NCBI GenBank assembly: GCA_036006425.1
Contig: DASYPQ010000022.1
Location: forward strand, 337,938 to 401,937
DNA length: 64,000 bases
Source of the DNA: Planctomycetota bacterium
GTDB taxonomy: Bacteria > Planctomycetota > UBA1135 > GCA-002686595
Direction of reading: 5' to 3'
Part shown: piece by piece, positions 16,606 through 24,748 of the stretch
Layout: the number at the start of each line of letters is the position of its first letter
Numbering within the stretch: position 1 is the stretch's first letter
Position numbers and translations under genes: made by a program
Notes under the pieces: model-generated
The model's database searches: none
Seen by the model: only the letters and a program-made list of their open reading frames with translations
Told to the model about the DNA's origin: nothing

Positions 16606-17640
16606 CTACTCCGCCACGAGCTTCTTGAAGTCCGGCTTCGCCCGGAGCGACGCGAAGCAGGGCTCCTCCGCCGCGCGCTTCTTGAACTCCGGTTGCGCCT
16701 CGATCGCCTGCCGCAAGGCCTTCATCGCCTCGACGGGCCGCGAGGTCATCGCGTCGCAGCACGCGAGGTTGTAGAGCGCCTGCTCGCGGAACGACTTGGC
16801 GTCCTTCGAGTCGCTGCCGTTCGTCGCCTCCAGGATCTGCTCGCACACGGGGAGCGCCTGGTCGAACTTCTTCTGCTCCGCGAAGCACGCCGCGCGCGTG
16901 TCCAGCGCCACGAGAAGCGCCTTCGTCTCCTTCTCGGAGCGGTCGGCGCGCTTAACGAGCAGGTCCGACGCGCGCTGGTAGCCGCGCACCGCCGGCTCGT
17001 TCTTCCGCGCGTTGTACGCGAGCTCCCCGAGGTAGAAGTGCGGGACCCAGTCGTCCGGCCGCGCCGCGCACTGCTGTTGCACCCAGTCGAGCTGACCCGA
17101 GCCGACCTTCGCGGCCTCGTCGCGGAACGCGTACACGTCGGCGGGGTACCTGTACTTCTCCCGGTCCGGCGTCCCGGCGAGCGCGAGCGACTTGACGAGG
17201 CCCTCGATCTCGCTGCGCTTCAGCTCCTTCGCGTCGCCGCCCTTCAGCGGGAATGTGCGCGACACGTGCACCGTGATCAGGAAGTCGGACGTCGCGACGT
17301 ACGCGTAGAACTGCGACTGGCCGATCGCGTTGCGGATCTCGACCTTGTACTGGCAGCAGGGTTTCTCGTCGATCGTGAAGGCCTTGAACGCCGACTCCTT
17401 CGAGTGCGCGTCCGGACAGCTCGCGGCCGCCACGAACGGGAAGTTCTCCTCCCACAGCACCGACACCGACGCGTCGTTCGCCATCTTCCCGGCGAGCAGC
17501 GTCCGCCCCGGGACGAACATGCCCTTCTCCTCGGCGTAGCCCGGGATCGCCACGGAGAGCTCGACTTCGTGCCCCGGGACCTTCGCCTTGACCGTCTCCG
17601 GAGCGGTGCCGAGCGCGAGCAGCAGGAGTGCGAGTTGCAT
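16606..17640 (-). CDS. secreted protein with C-terminal TPR-like repeats
   Basis: Signal peptide MQLALLLLALGTAP. The C-terminal half has helical TPR-like repeats (YYLGELAYNARKNEPAVRGYQRA..., ALYNLACCDAM...). Confidence 0.55.
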   Translation of the reverse strand: MQLALLLLALGTAPETVKAKVPGHEVELSVAIPGYAEEKGMFVPGRTLLAGKMANDASVSVLWEENFPFVAAASCPDAHSKESAFKAFTIDEKPCCQYKVEIRNAIGQSQFYAYVATSDFLITVHVSRTFPLKGGDAKELKRSEIEGLVKSLALAGTPDREKYRYPADVYAFRDEAAKVGSGQLDWVQQQCAARPDDWVPHFYLGELAYNARKNEPAVRGYQRASDLLVKRADRSEKETKALLVALDTRAACFAEQKKFDQALPVCEQILEATNGSDSKDAKSFREQALYNLACCDAMTSRPVEAMKALRQAIEAQPEFKKRAAEEPCFASLRAKPDFKKLVAE

Positions 17641-17663
17641 GCGCCCAGTCTAGCTTCCGCCTC

Positions 17664-17685
17664 CTTGATCGGCGCTTGATCGGCA
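17664..17685. repeat. tandem 11-mer CTTGATCGGCG/CTTGATCGGCA in a divergent promoter region
   Basis: A direct 2 x 11 nt repeat between the divergent starts at 17640 (-) and 17696 (+). Confidence 0.4.
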
Positions 17686-17695
17686 GCGGGTATCG

Positions 17696-18973
17696 ATGGA
17701 CCGCATGCGACGCGGCCTCGTCCTCGTCGGCGTCCTCGCGCTCGTCATCGCGTCGTTCGCGCGGCGCGAGACCGCGCGCACCGACGCGCGCGCTGCCGAG
17801 GTCGCCGTCCGCGCAGGCGCGCCGGGAAGCACGCCGATCGCGCTCGAGGCGACGGAACCGACGCCCTCCGACCGGACCGAAGTGTCCGCCCCGGTGGAGG
17901 TCGCCCCCGATCTCCCGCGGCTCGAGGTGCTCGTCACGTTCGCCGACGCGCCGCTCGCAGGCGCCTCGGTCGCGCTGTTCCCGTTCGGCGAATCCCAGGG
18001 ATTCCTGACAGCCGACGACGCGAGCGCGCGCATCGTGGAGGAGCGGACCGGGCCGGACGGAATCGCGCACCTCGGCGACCGCGTCGCCGCGACGTACCTC
18101 GTGCTCGCGACCGCGCCCGGCGGCGAGCAAGCGCGCGCGAGGATCGTCGTCGCGCCCGCTGCGCGCGTGCGGACCACGCTCGCTCTCGGCACGGCCGCGC
18201 TCGAGGGGACGGTCCACGACCTCGACGGCCGTCCGTTCGCCGGAGCCCGCGTGCTCGCACGCCAGGGCGACGTCTGGTTCGTGACGGCCGCGGACGCGAG
18301 CGGGTGGTACCGCCTCGGCGGCCTCACCGGAGGTTCCGCGCGCTCGGTCCGCGCCCTCGCTCTCGATCTCGCGGCGGGCGAGACGCTGCCGTTCGAGCTC
18401 GCGAGCGGCGAGACGCGCCGCGTCGACTTCGGATCGCCGAACGGTCGCGCGCGGTGGTCCGGCGTCGTCCGACTCCCCTCCGGCGCGCCGCTCGCGGGCC
18501 CGTTCCGGCTCTATTTCACGGGGTCGCCGGAGGCCGCGATCGGCAACACGCCGGTCGACGCGGCGGGACATTTCGACGTCGTGCTCCCGCCCGGGCGCTA
18601 CGTCGCGCGTTTCGAGACGCCCGCGGGCCTCGCGCTCGGCAGCGCCGACCTCGCGGGCGCGCTCGTGCAGGACCTCGCCGTCCCGCGCGTCGTCGTGCGC
18701 GGCCGCCTGCGCTACGTCGGGACGAAGCATCCGCTCGCGAAAGGGCCGGAGCACGACGTCGCGCTCGCGCTCGCGAAGAGCGACGGCACGCCGGTGACGG
18801 GCACGTTGCTGCGCAGCGACGCGCGGTTCGCGTTCCTCGGCCTCGAGCCCGGAAGCTACGCGCTGACGACGAGCCCGTGGACGATCGCGGCGACAGCCGA
18901 CGGGACGCAGCCGTTCGAGATCGGGGCGGGCACGGACGAGCTCGAGCTCGACCTCGCGATCACCGACCCTTGA
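17696..18973 (+). CDS. secreted protein with carboxypeptidase-regulatory-like (Ig-like) repeats
   Basis: N-terminal anchor or signal MDRMRRGLVLVGVLALVIASFA. Repeats of the G.V.D..G.P.AGA.V type (GTVHDLDGRPFAGARVLAR, GVVRLPSGAPLAG). Confidence 0.55.
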   Translation: MDRMRRGLVLVGVLALVIASFARRETARTDARAAEVAVRAGAPGSTPIALEATEPTPSDRTEVSAPVEVAPDLPRLEVLVTFADAPLAGASVALFPFGESQGFLTADDASARIVEERTGPDGIAHLGDRVAATYLVLATAPGGEQARARIVVAPAARVRTTLALGTAALEGTVHDLDGRPFAGARVLARQGDVWFVTAADASGWYRLGGLTGGSARSVRALALDLAAGETLPFELASGETRRVDFGSPNGRARWSGVVRLPSGAPLAGPFRLYFTGSPEAAIGNTPVDAAGHFDVVLPPGRYVARFETPAGLALGSADLAGALVQDLAVPRVVVRGRLRYVGTKHPLAKGPEHDVALALAKSDGTPVTGTLLRSDARFAFLGLEPGSYALTTSPWTIAATADGTQPFEIGAGTDELELDLAITDP

Positions 18974-19493
18974 GGTATTTCTCCACGAGGACGCGCCGGT
19001 GGTGCAACTCGTGGCCCGCGAGGACGAACGGGAACGCGCGCACGCGGAACGGGACGCCGGCGGCGGTCCCGACGCGCTCCCAGGTCTCCGGATCGAAGCT
19101 CTGGAACATCCGCAGGTGGCTCCGGCGCAGCAGGTCGAGCTCCTCGAACAGGTCCGCGAGCGGGCGCCGGTCCGCGCCGCCGGTCGCGACGTAGTCGTCC
19201 TGCTCCATCGACGGCAGCGGCGCAGCATCGCCGCGCGCCATGTGGAACGCGCGGTTGCCGAAGACCCGCTCGGCGTCGAGCACGTGCCCGATCACCTCGC
19301 GCACGGACCACTTGCCCGGAGCGTACCGGTACGTCTCCTTCTCCGGCGCGAGCCCGCGCAGCGCAGCGCGCGTCTCCGCGAGCTCCCCGGCGAGCAGCGC
19401 GAGGACGTCACCCTTCGGGACGAGATCGACGTATCCGAAGTAGTACGGCGCCACGTCGCCGGCGACCGGACGCGGAAGGACGGCTGCTGTCAT
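18960..19493 (-). CDS. DinB-family (four-helix-bundle metal-binding) protein
   Basis: YYFGYVDLVP...YRYAPGKWSVREVIGHVLDAERVF...AGHELHHRRVL is the typical DinB_2 His triad layout. Confidence 0.8.
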   Translation of the reverse strand: MTAAVLPRPVAGDVAPYYFGYVDLVPKGDVLALLAGELAETRAALRGLAPEKETYRYAPGKWSVREVIGHVLDAERVFGNRAFHMARGDAAPLPSMEQDDYVATGGADRRPLADLFEELDLLRRSHLRMFQSFDPETWERVGTAAGVPFRVRAFPFVLAGHELHHRRVLVEKYLKGR

Positions 19494-19506
19494 GCGCCCA
19501 TCCTAA

Positions 19507-21195
19507 TCACCTGCCGCCCGCGACGAGCGCGAGGTTCTCGCGCCTGCTCTTCACGAGTTGCGCGGCGAGAGTGCACAGCGGGAACGCGACGGCGATGCAG
19601 AACACGGCCCAGCCGAGGATGAGCGCGGCCGCGAGGCCCGGCTCGTGCATGCGGTCGTGCACGATCGTCAGGACGAGCCCGGCCGGCGCGCCGAGCACCA
19701 TGACGGTGACCGACCCGATCAGGACGGCGAGACCGTGCGGATTCCCGCCCTGGCCGGTCTGGCTCAGGTCCGCGGTCTTCGGGAACAAGGTCGAGAGCAC
19801 CGCCGCGATCGGCGCGAGCAGTGCGTACGTCGCCGTGCCCGCGACGAGCACGAAGAACCACGTGAGCGTCGGTCCTCCCGGCGTCACGACCCAGGCGCAC
19901 GCGAAGCACAGCGCGATCGACACGGCGTAGATCAGGAACCCGCCGGCCGCCTTGCCGCGGACGAGATCGACGTCCGAGACCGGCGACAGGAAGTGCAGCG
20001 AGAGGCCGGCGCGGTCGCTCGCGAACTGGTTCAGGTGGAACGCCTGGAGCGCGTACAGGCTGAAGACGCAGCCGAATCCGAGGAGCACGTGGCTCTGGCT
20101 GTTCAACATGGACCCGAACGGGACCTCGCCCGGGAGCCGTCGCGAGAGCAGCGCGAGGCCGGCGATCAGCGGGCCCGGCAGGAGGACCGCGAGGCGACCG
20201 CGCACGGAACGCAGCGCGTTCCGCGCGTGGACGACGGCGACGGCGCTCGCTTCCGGCGTCAGGAACGGCCAGCGCCTCGACGCGCCGTCGACGATCGTGC
20301 GGCGCCGGTGCGCGCGCTCGTTCCCCGACGCCGCGAGCAGCCGGCCGTGGACCGCGGAGGACGCCGCGTAGATCGCCGCCGCCTCGGCGGCCAGGATGCC
20401 GACGAGGAGCCACGCGGACTCGGGATGTCCCTCGACTTCCCTTTGCAGGGCGCGCGCGTACAGCTCGGACGGGAGCACCTGCGTCCACGCAGGGAGATTG
20501 CCCAGGGGCACGTCGACCGAGCGGACGTCCCCTGTCGGCTCGGCATGACGCGTCACCAGGAACGCGGGCATGAGGCCGACCATCGAGATCAGGAGGACGA
20601 ACACCAGCGTGAACACTTCGCCGCGGCGGCGATCGCGCATGATCCATTCGCTCGCGAACGAAGCGAGTGCGCTCAAGCTCACGACCGCGGCGATCAACGC
20701 GAGCGCCGCCGCGAAGGCGACGACGCCGTCCTCGATCCGGCCCGCGGACAGCAGCCCCGCGGCGAAGAGCACGAGCCCCGGGACGACGAATGCGAGCCAA
20801 GGATCCGCGAGCGCGGAGACCGCCTCGGCGAGATGGAGCGCGCGGCGCGGGATCGGGAGGAGGAGCAGGCGCGCGGCTCCGGCCTTCGTCCCTTGCGACG
20901 CGCGTCCGAGCGGCACGAGGACCGGGAGCGCGATGACGAGGAACAGGACGAGACGCGCGACGAGCAGCGCGGCGCGCGCCTCGTTCCCCCCGGTGCCGAA
21001 GTGGCGCCCCGCGTGGAAGCCGAGGACGGCGAGCAGCGCGGCGGCGGCGCCGAACGGGACGATCAGGAGCGCGGGTGCGAGGACGCTCGCGAGGCGCGAG
21101 AGGCGTTCCAGGACGTCGCGGCGCTTCGATCCCTTGAAGCCGTTGATCAGGAGCCGCCAGCGCAGCCACGCGAACGCGCGCAAGTACCGGATCAC
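19507..21195 (-). CDS. ABC transporter permease (polytopic)
   Basis: GTG start in a GTGA overlap with the ATPase stop. About 12 hydrophobic segments. The N-terminal 200 aa of ORF 19507..21816 overlap the ATPase gene and look like off-frame junk. Confidence 0.65.
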   Translation of the reverse strand: MIRYLRAFAWLRWRLLINGFKGSKRRDVLERLSRLASVLAPALLIVPFGAAAALLAVLGFHAGRHFGTGGNEARAALLVARLVLFLVIALPVLVPLGRASQGTKAGAARLLLLPIPRRALHLAEAVSALADPWLAFVVPGLVLFAAGLLSAGRIEDGVVAFAAALALIAAVVSLSALASFASEWIMRDRRRGEVFTLVFVLLISMVGLMPAFLVTRHAEPTGDVRSVDVPLGNLPAWTQVLPSELYARALQREVEGHPESAWLLVGILAAEAAAIYAASSAVHGRLLAASGNERAHRRRTIVDGASRRWPFLTPEASAVAVVHARNALRSVRGRLAVLLPGPLIAGLALLSRRLPGEVPFGSMLNSQSHVLLGFGCVFSLYALQAFHLNQFASDRAGLSLHFLSPVSDVDLVRGKAAGGFLIYAVSIALCFACAWVVTPGGPTLTWFFVLVAGTATYALLAPIAAVLSTLFPKTADLSQTGQGGNPHGLAVLIGSVTVMVLGAPAGLVLTIVHDRMHEPGLAAALILGWAVFCIAVAFPLCTLAAQLVKSRRENLALVAGGR

Positions 21196-21959
21196 TGCGC
21201 GAGCCACCCCATCGCCGGCAAGCTCGCCTGCTGCGCGCCGACGAGCTCGAGGAAGATCGCCTCGAGCGTCTTCCCGACGCCCGTTCCCGCGCGCAGCTCC
21301 GCCATCGGCCCCTGCGCGACCAGCTTGCCGCGGTGGATCACGCCGAGGTGGTCGCACAGCCGCTCGACGATCTCGAGGATGTGCGACGTGAGGAAGACCG
21401 TCCCGCCTCCCGCGACAAAGCGCAGGAGCAGCTCCTTGATCTGGCGTGAAGCGACCGCGTCCACGCCTTCGAACGGCTCGTCGAGGAAGAGGAGACGCGG
21501 GGCGGGCAGGAGCGCGGCGGCGAGCGCGAGCTTCTTGCGCATGCCGTGCGAGTAGTCGGCGACGAGATCGCCGGCGGCCTGGGCGAGGCTCATGAGCTCG
21601 AGGAGGTCCTTCGAGCGCTCCCGCTGAGCCGCCGCGTCGAGTCCGTGGACGCGGCCGACGAAGCTCAGCGTCTCGACGCCCGTCAGGCGATCGAACAGCG
21701 CGAGATCCTCCGGGACGACGCCGATGCGCTTCTTGACGGCGATCGGGTCCGCGGCGGGATCGAGGTCGAGGATGCGCATCGAGCCCGACGTCGGCTCGAG
21801 CAGGCCCGTGACGCACTTGATCGTGGTCGATTTCCCGGCCCCGTTGGGCCCGAGGAAGCCGTAGAAACTCCCGCGTGGGACGGCGAGATCGATCCCGTCG
21901 ACGGCGACGAGGTCGCCGAAGGTCTTGCGCAGGGCGCGGGTCTCGAGCGCGAGTTCCAC
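21192..21959 (-). CDS. ABC transporter ATP-binding protein
   Basis: Walker A GPNGAGKST, signature SHGMRKKLALA, Walker B LLFLDEP. Confidence 0.9.
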   Translation of the reverse strand: MELALETRALRKTFGDLVAVDGIDLAVPRGSFYGFLGPNGAGKSTTIKCVTGLLEPTSGSMRILDLDPAADPIAVKKRIGVVPEDLALFDRLTGVETLSFVGRVHGLDAAAQRERSKDLLELMSLAQAAGDLVADYSHGMRKKLALAAALLPAPRLLFLDEPFEGVDAVASRQIKELLLRFVAGGGTVFLTSHILEIVERLCDHLGVIHRGKLVAQGPMAELRAGTGVGKTLEAIFLELVGAQQASLPAMGWLAQ

Positions 21960-21965
21960 GGGGGT

Positions 21966-22008
21966 GGGATCCTAGCGTCGCGGCCGCCGAGTGCGACGCT
22001 AGGATCCC
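21966..22008. promoter_or_regulatory. perfect 16-bp inverted repeat filling a 54-bp divergent intergenic region (operator-like)
   Basis: GGGATCCTAGCGTCGC-11 nt-GCGACGCTAGGATCCC between the GTG of the ABC ATPase (21959, -) and the GTG of the SGNH hydrolase (22014, +). Confidence 0.45.
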
Positions 22009-22013
22009 CTCTC

Positions 22014-23084
22014 GTGGAGAGGCGAACCAGGACCCGTGTCGCGTCCGTCGTCGTCTCCCTGCTCGTCGTCGTCGCCGCGCTGGAGATCGGTCTGCGCATC
22101 TACCTCTTCCGGTTCGCGGACGAGGACCGTCTGACGAAGTACGCGCGCTTCGACGATCTGCCGCCCGAGGCGTACATGTACCGCGGGCACGCCTACCTCG
22201 ATTATTGCTTGAACGAGAGCTACCGGAGCCGCGACGGGCTCAACCGGCACGACCGGCTCGGCTTCCGCGGACGGGAGGTCGAGGTCGAGAAGGCTCCGGG
22301 CACGTACCGGATCGTCTGCGTCGGCGGATCGACGACGTACACGACCGAGGTCAAGGATTTCCGGCTCTCGTATCCGGACCAGCTCGAGCGCTCGCTGAAG
22401 GAGCGGCACGGGCGCGCGGACGTCGAGGTGATCAACGCCGGCGTCGGCGGCTGGAGCTCCTACGAGTGCCTGATCGACGTCGAATTGCGCCTCCTCGCGC
22501 TCCATCCCGATCTCCTCGTCGTGTACCACGGCATCAACGACTGCTACCCGCGCTTCGTGCCGCCGGAGATGTACCGCCGCGACAACTCCGGCCACGTGCG
22601 GCCCTGGAATCCCGACACGAGACCGTGGGAGCACAGCGTCCTCCTGCGCTGCGCGGCCGTGCGGCTCGGGATCGCCCGCCCGAACACGCTGCAGGGACTC
22701 GTGCACATCGAGTACCCGGACATCGACCTCGACGCGTGCCTGGACGCGAATCCGCCGACGTACTTCGCGGACAACCTCGAGTCGACGATCGCCGTCGCGC
22801 ACCACGCGGGCGTCCAGGTGCTGCTCGCGACGTTCGCGTTCTGCGACGCGAAGAAGCAGTACGTCTCGCTGCCCGCCTACCAGCGCGCGATCCGCGAGGC
22901 GAACGACGTGATCCGCGGCGCGGCGGCGAGGAACGACGTGCCGCTCCTCGAGTTCTCCTCCGCGATGGATCCAGATCCGCGGCTGTGGGCCGACGGCGTG
23001 CACGTGAACGCGGAGGGAGCTCGCGTCATGGCGGACCTCTTCGCCGACGCGATCGCCAAACTCGTCCAGGTCGCGCGGAAGTGA
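22014..23084 (+). CDS. SGNH/GDSL-type hydrolase with N-terminal membrane anchor
   Basis: Start taken at GTG 22014 (VERRTRTRVASVVVSLLVVVAALEIGL). SGNH blocks VCVGGSTTY, NAGVGGWSS, YHGINDC. The start is uncertain. Confidence 0.65.
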   Translation: MERRTRTRVASVVVSLLVVVAALEIGLRIYLFRFADEDRLTKYARFDDLPPEAYMYRGHAYLDYCLNESYRSRDGLNRHDRLGFRGREVEVEKAPGTYRIVCVGGSTTYTTEVKDFRLSYPDQLERSLKERHGRADVEVINAGVGGWSSYECLIDVELRLLALHPDLLVVYHGINDCYPRFVPPEMYRRDNSGHVRPWNPDTRPWEHSVLLRCAAVRLGIARPNTLQGLVHIEYPDIDLDACLDANPPTYFADNLESTIAVAHHAGVQVLLATFAFCDAKKQYVSLPAYQRAIREANDVIRGAAARNDVPLLEFSSAMDPDPRLWADGVHVNAEGARVMADLFADAIAKLVQVARK

Positions 23085-23086
23085 GC

Positions 23087-24748
23087 TCAGCGGCCCGCGC
23101 GCGCCGCGCGAGCCGCCGCGAGGGCGGAGCGCGCCTGCGCGAAGTCCGGCGCGAGCTCGAGGACGCGCTCGAAGTGGGCGATCGCCTCGTCGACGCGGCC
23201 GCGGCTCATCAGCGCGAGCCCCAGGTTGAAGTGGACCTCGTGGAGGTCCGGATCCGTCCGCAGCGCCGCCTCGAAGTGCGCGATCGCCTCGTCGGTGCGT
23301 CCCTGCGTCGCGAGCAGGAAGCCGAGCTGGTGGTGCGCCGCGGCGTGCCTAGCATCGAGCCTCAGCGCGTTCTCGAGCGCCGCGCGCGCTTCCTCGGGGT
23401 GCCCCGTGAGCAGGTAGACGCGGCCGAGGTTGCTCCACCACAGCGGGTAATCCGGCTGGAGCCGGAGCGCTTCGCGGTAGTCGGCGATCGCTTCGTCGTA
23501 CCGCGCGTCGTGGAGGTTCACGTTGCCGAGAATGCCGTGACCGAGGTGGTTCTCGGGCATCACCGCGACGAGGTGGCCGAACAGCGCGCGGTCGTCCTTC
23601 CAAAGGCCGACCTGCCGCCAAGTGAGCGCCGCGAACGCGACCCCGGCGACGATCAGCAGCGCCGCGCCCGCGCGCTTCGCGAGCTCCGCGACGCCGAAGC
23701 CGACGGCGATCGCGAGACCGATCATCGGCACGTACGTGTACCGGTCGGCCATCGCCTGCGGTCCGACCTGCACGAGCCCGATCACGGGGACGAGCGTGCC
23801 GAGGAACCAGAACCATCCGACGGCGAGCCACGGCCGGGACTTCCGCTGGATCCACGCGAACGCGGTCACCGCGGCGAGCAGGAGAGCCGATCCGACGACC
23901 GTCCAGGCCGCGTATCCCGCGGACGGATACGGGTAGTGGACGAGGAGGCGCACGGGGACGACGGCCTTCTCGAGGTACGCGACGCAGGCGACGAGCGCGT
24001 TCTCTGCGCGCAGCCCGACGGCGACCTGTTCCCCGAGCGCCATCGCGCCGCCCGCGTGCTGGACGAGGAACGTGACGACGCTCGACGCGGCGGCGAGCAG
24101 GAACAGCGGAAGCTTCTCGCGCACGAGCCACGGCGCTCCCGCGCGCGCGAGAGGCCAGAGATCGAGCAGCAGCAGCGTGAACGGCAGCGTCACGAGCATC
24201 GGCTTCGAAAGGAGACCGAGCATGTAGAGCGCGAGCACCGCCGCGTACCTCCCCGCCGTCCGCCGCTCCACCCAGCTCACGTACGCCTGCGTCGTCAGGA
24301 TCCAGAAGAACGCCGACAGGACGTCCTTGCGCTCGGCCGCCCACGCGACCGATTCGACGTGCAAGGGATGCAGGCCGAAGACGACGGCGACGAAGGCACT
24401 CGGGCCGACTTCTCGCGTCGTCCGCACGAGCAGGCGGAACAGCAGCACGGTGCTCGCGACGTGCAGCGCGAGGCTCGTCAGGTGGTGACCCGCGGGCTGC
24501 ATCCCGTACAGCTCGACGTCGAGCATGTGCGAGATCCACGTCAACGGATGCCAGTTCGCGGCGTGGCCCGTCGTGAACGCCCATTCGATGCCGCGCGCGG
24601 TCAGCCCGGCCTTCACCATCGGATTCCACGTCACGTAGGTGCCGTCGTCGAGGTCGACGAAGCCGTTCGTGGCGACGCGCGCGTAGGCGAGGATCGTCAA
24701 CGCGGCGAGCGCGGCCCCGACGAGTGCCCTCGACGCGCGTTCGGTCAT
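23087..24748 (-). CDS. TMTC-like GT-C glycosyltransferase-fold membrane protein with C-terminal TPR repeats (paralogue 1)
   Basis: N-terminal multi-TM region with WHPLTWISHMLD...FGLHPLHVESVAWAAERKDVLSAFFW (DUF1736-type block), followed by 5-6 TPR repeats. Its ATG overlaps the paralogue-2 stop (ATGA). Confidence 0.8.
   Translation of the reverse strand: MTERASRALVGAALAALTILAYARVATNGFVDLDDGTYVTWNPMVKAGLTARGIEWAFTTGHAANWHPLTWISHMLDVELYGMQPAGHHLTSLALHVASTVLLFRLLVRTTREVGPSAFVAVVFGLHPLHVESVAWAAERKDVLSAFFWILTTQAYVSWVERRTAGRYAAVLALYMLGLLSKPMLVTLPFTLLLLDLWPLARAGAPWLVREKLPLFLLAAASSVVTFLVQHAGGAMALGEQVAVGLRAENALVACVAYLEKAVVPVRLLVHYPYPSAGYAAWTVVGSALLLAAVTAFAWIQRKSRPWLAVGWFWFLGTLVPVIGLVQVGPQAMADRYTYVPMIGLAIAVGFGVAELAKRAGAALLIVAGVAFAALTWRQVGLWKDDRALFGHLVAVMPENHLGHGILGNVNLHDARYDEAIADYREALRLQPDYPLWWSNLGRVYLLTGHPEEARAALENALRLDARHAAAHHQLGFLLATQGRTDEAIAHFEAALRTDPDLHEVHFNLGLALMSRGRVDEAIAHFERVLELAPDFAQARSALAAARAARAGR

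Noticed and set aside
19507-21816. Long N-terminal extensions of several track ORFs: 19507..21816, 28865..30190, 32839..34428, 34544..35908, 24745..27366, 21546..23084, 49910..52654 and 30070..31563.
   Set aside because: The extensions overlap the upstream gene and are Arg/Pro-rich junk. Internal starts give signal peptides, TM helices or conserved N-termini, and typically form ATGA/GTGA overlaps with the upstream stop.
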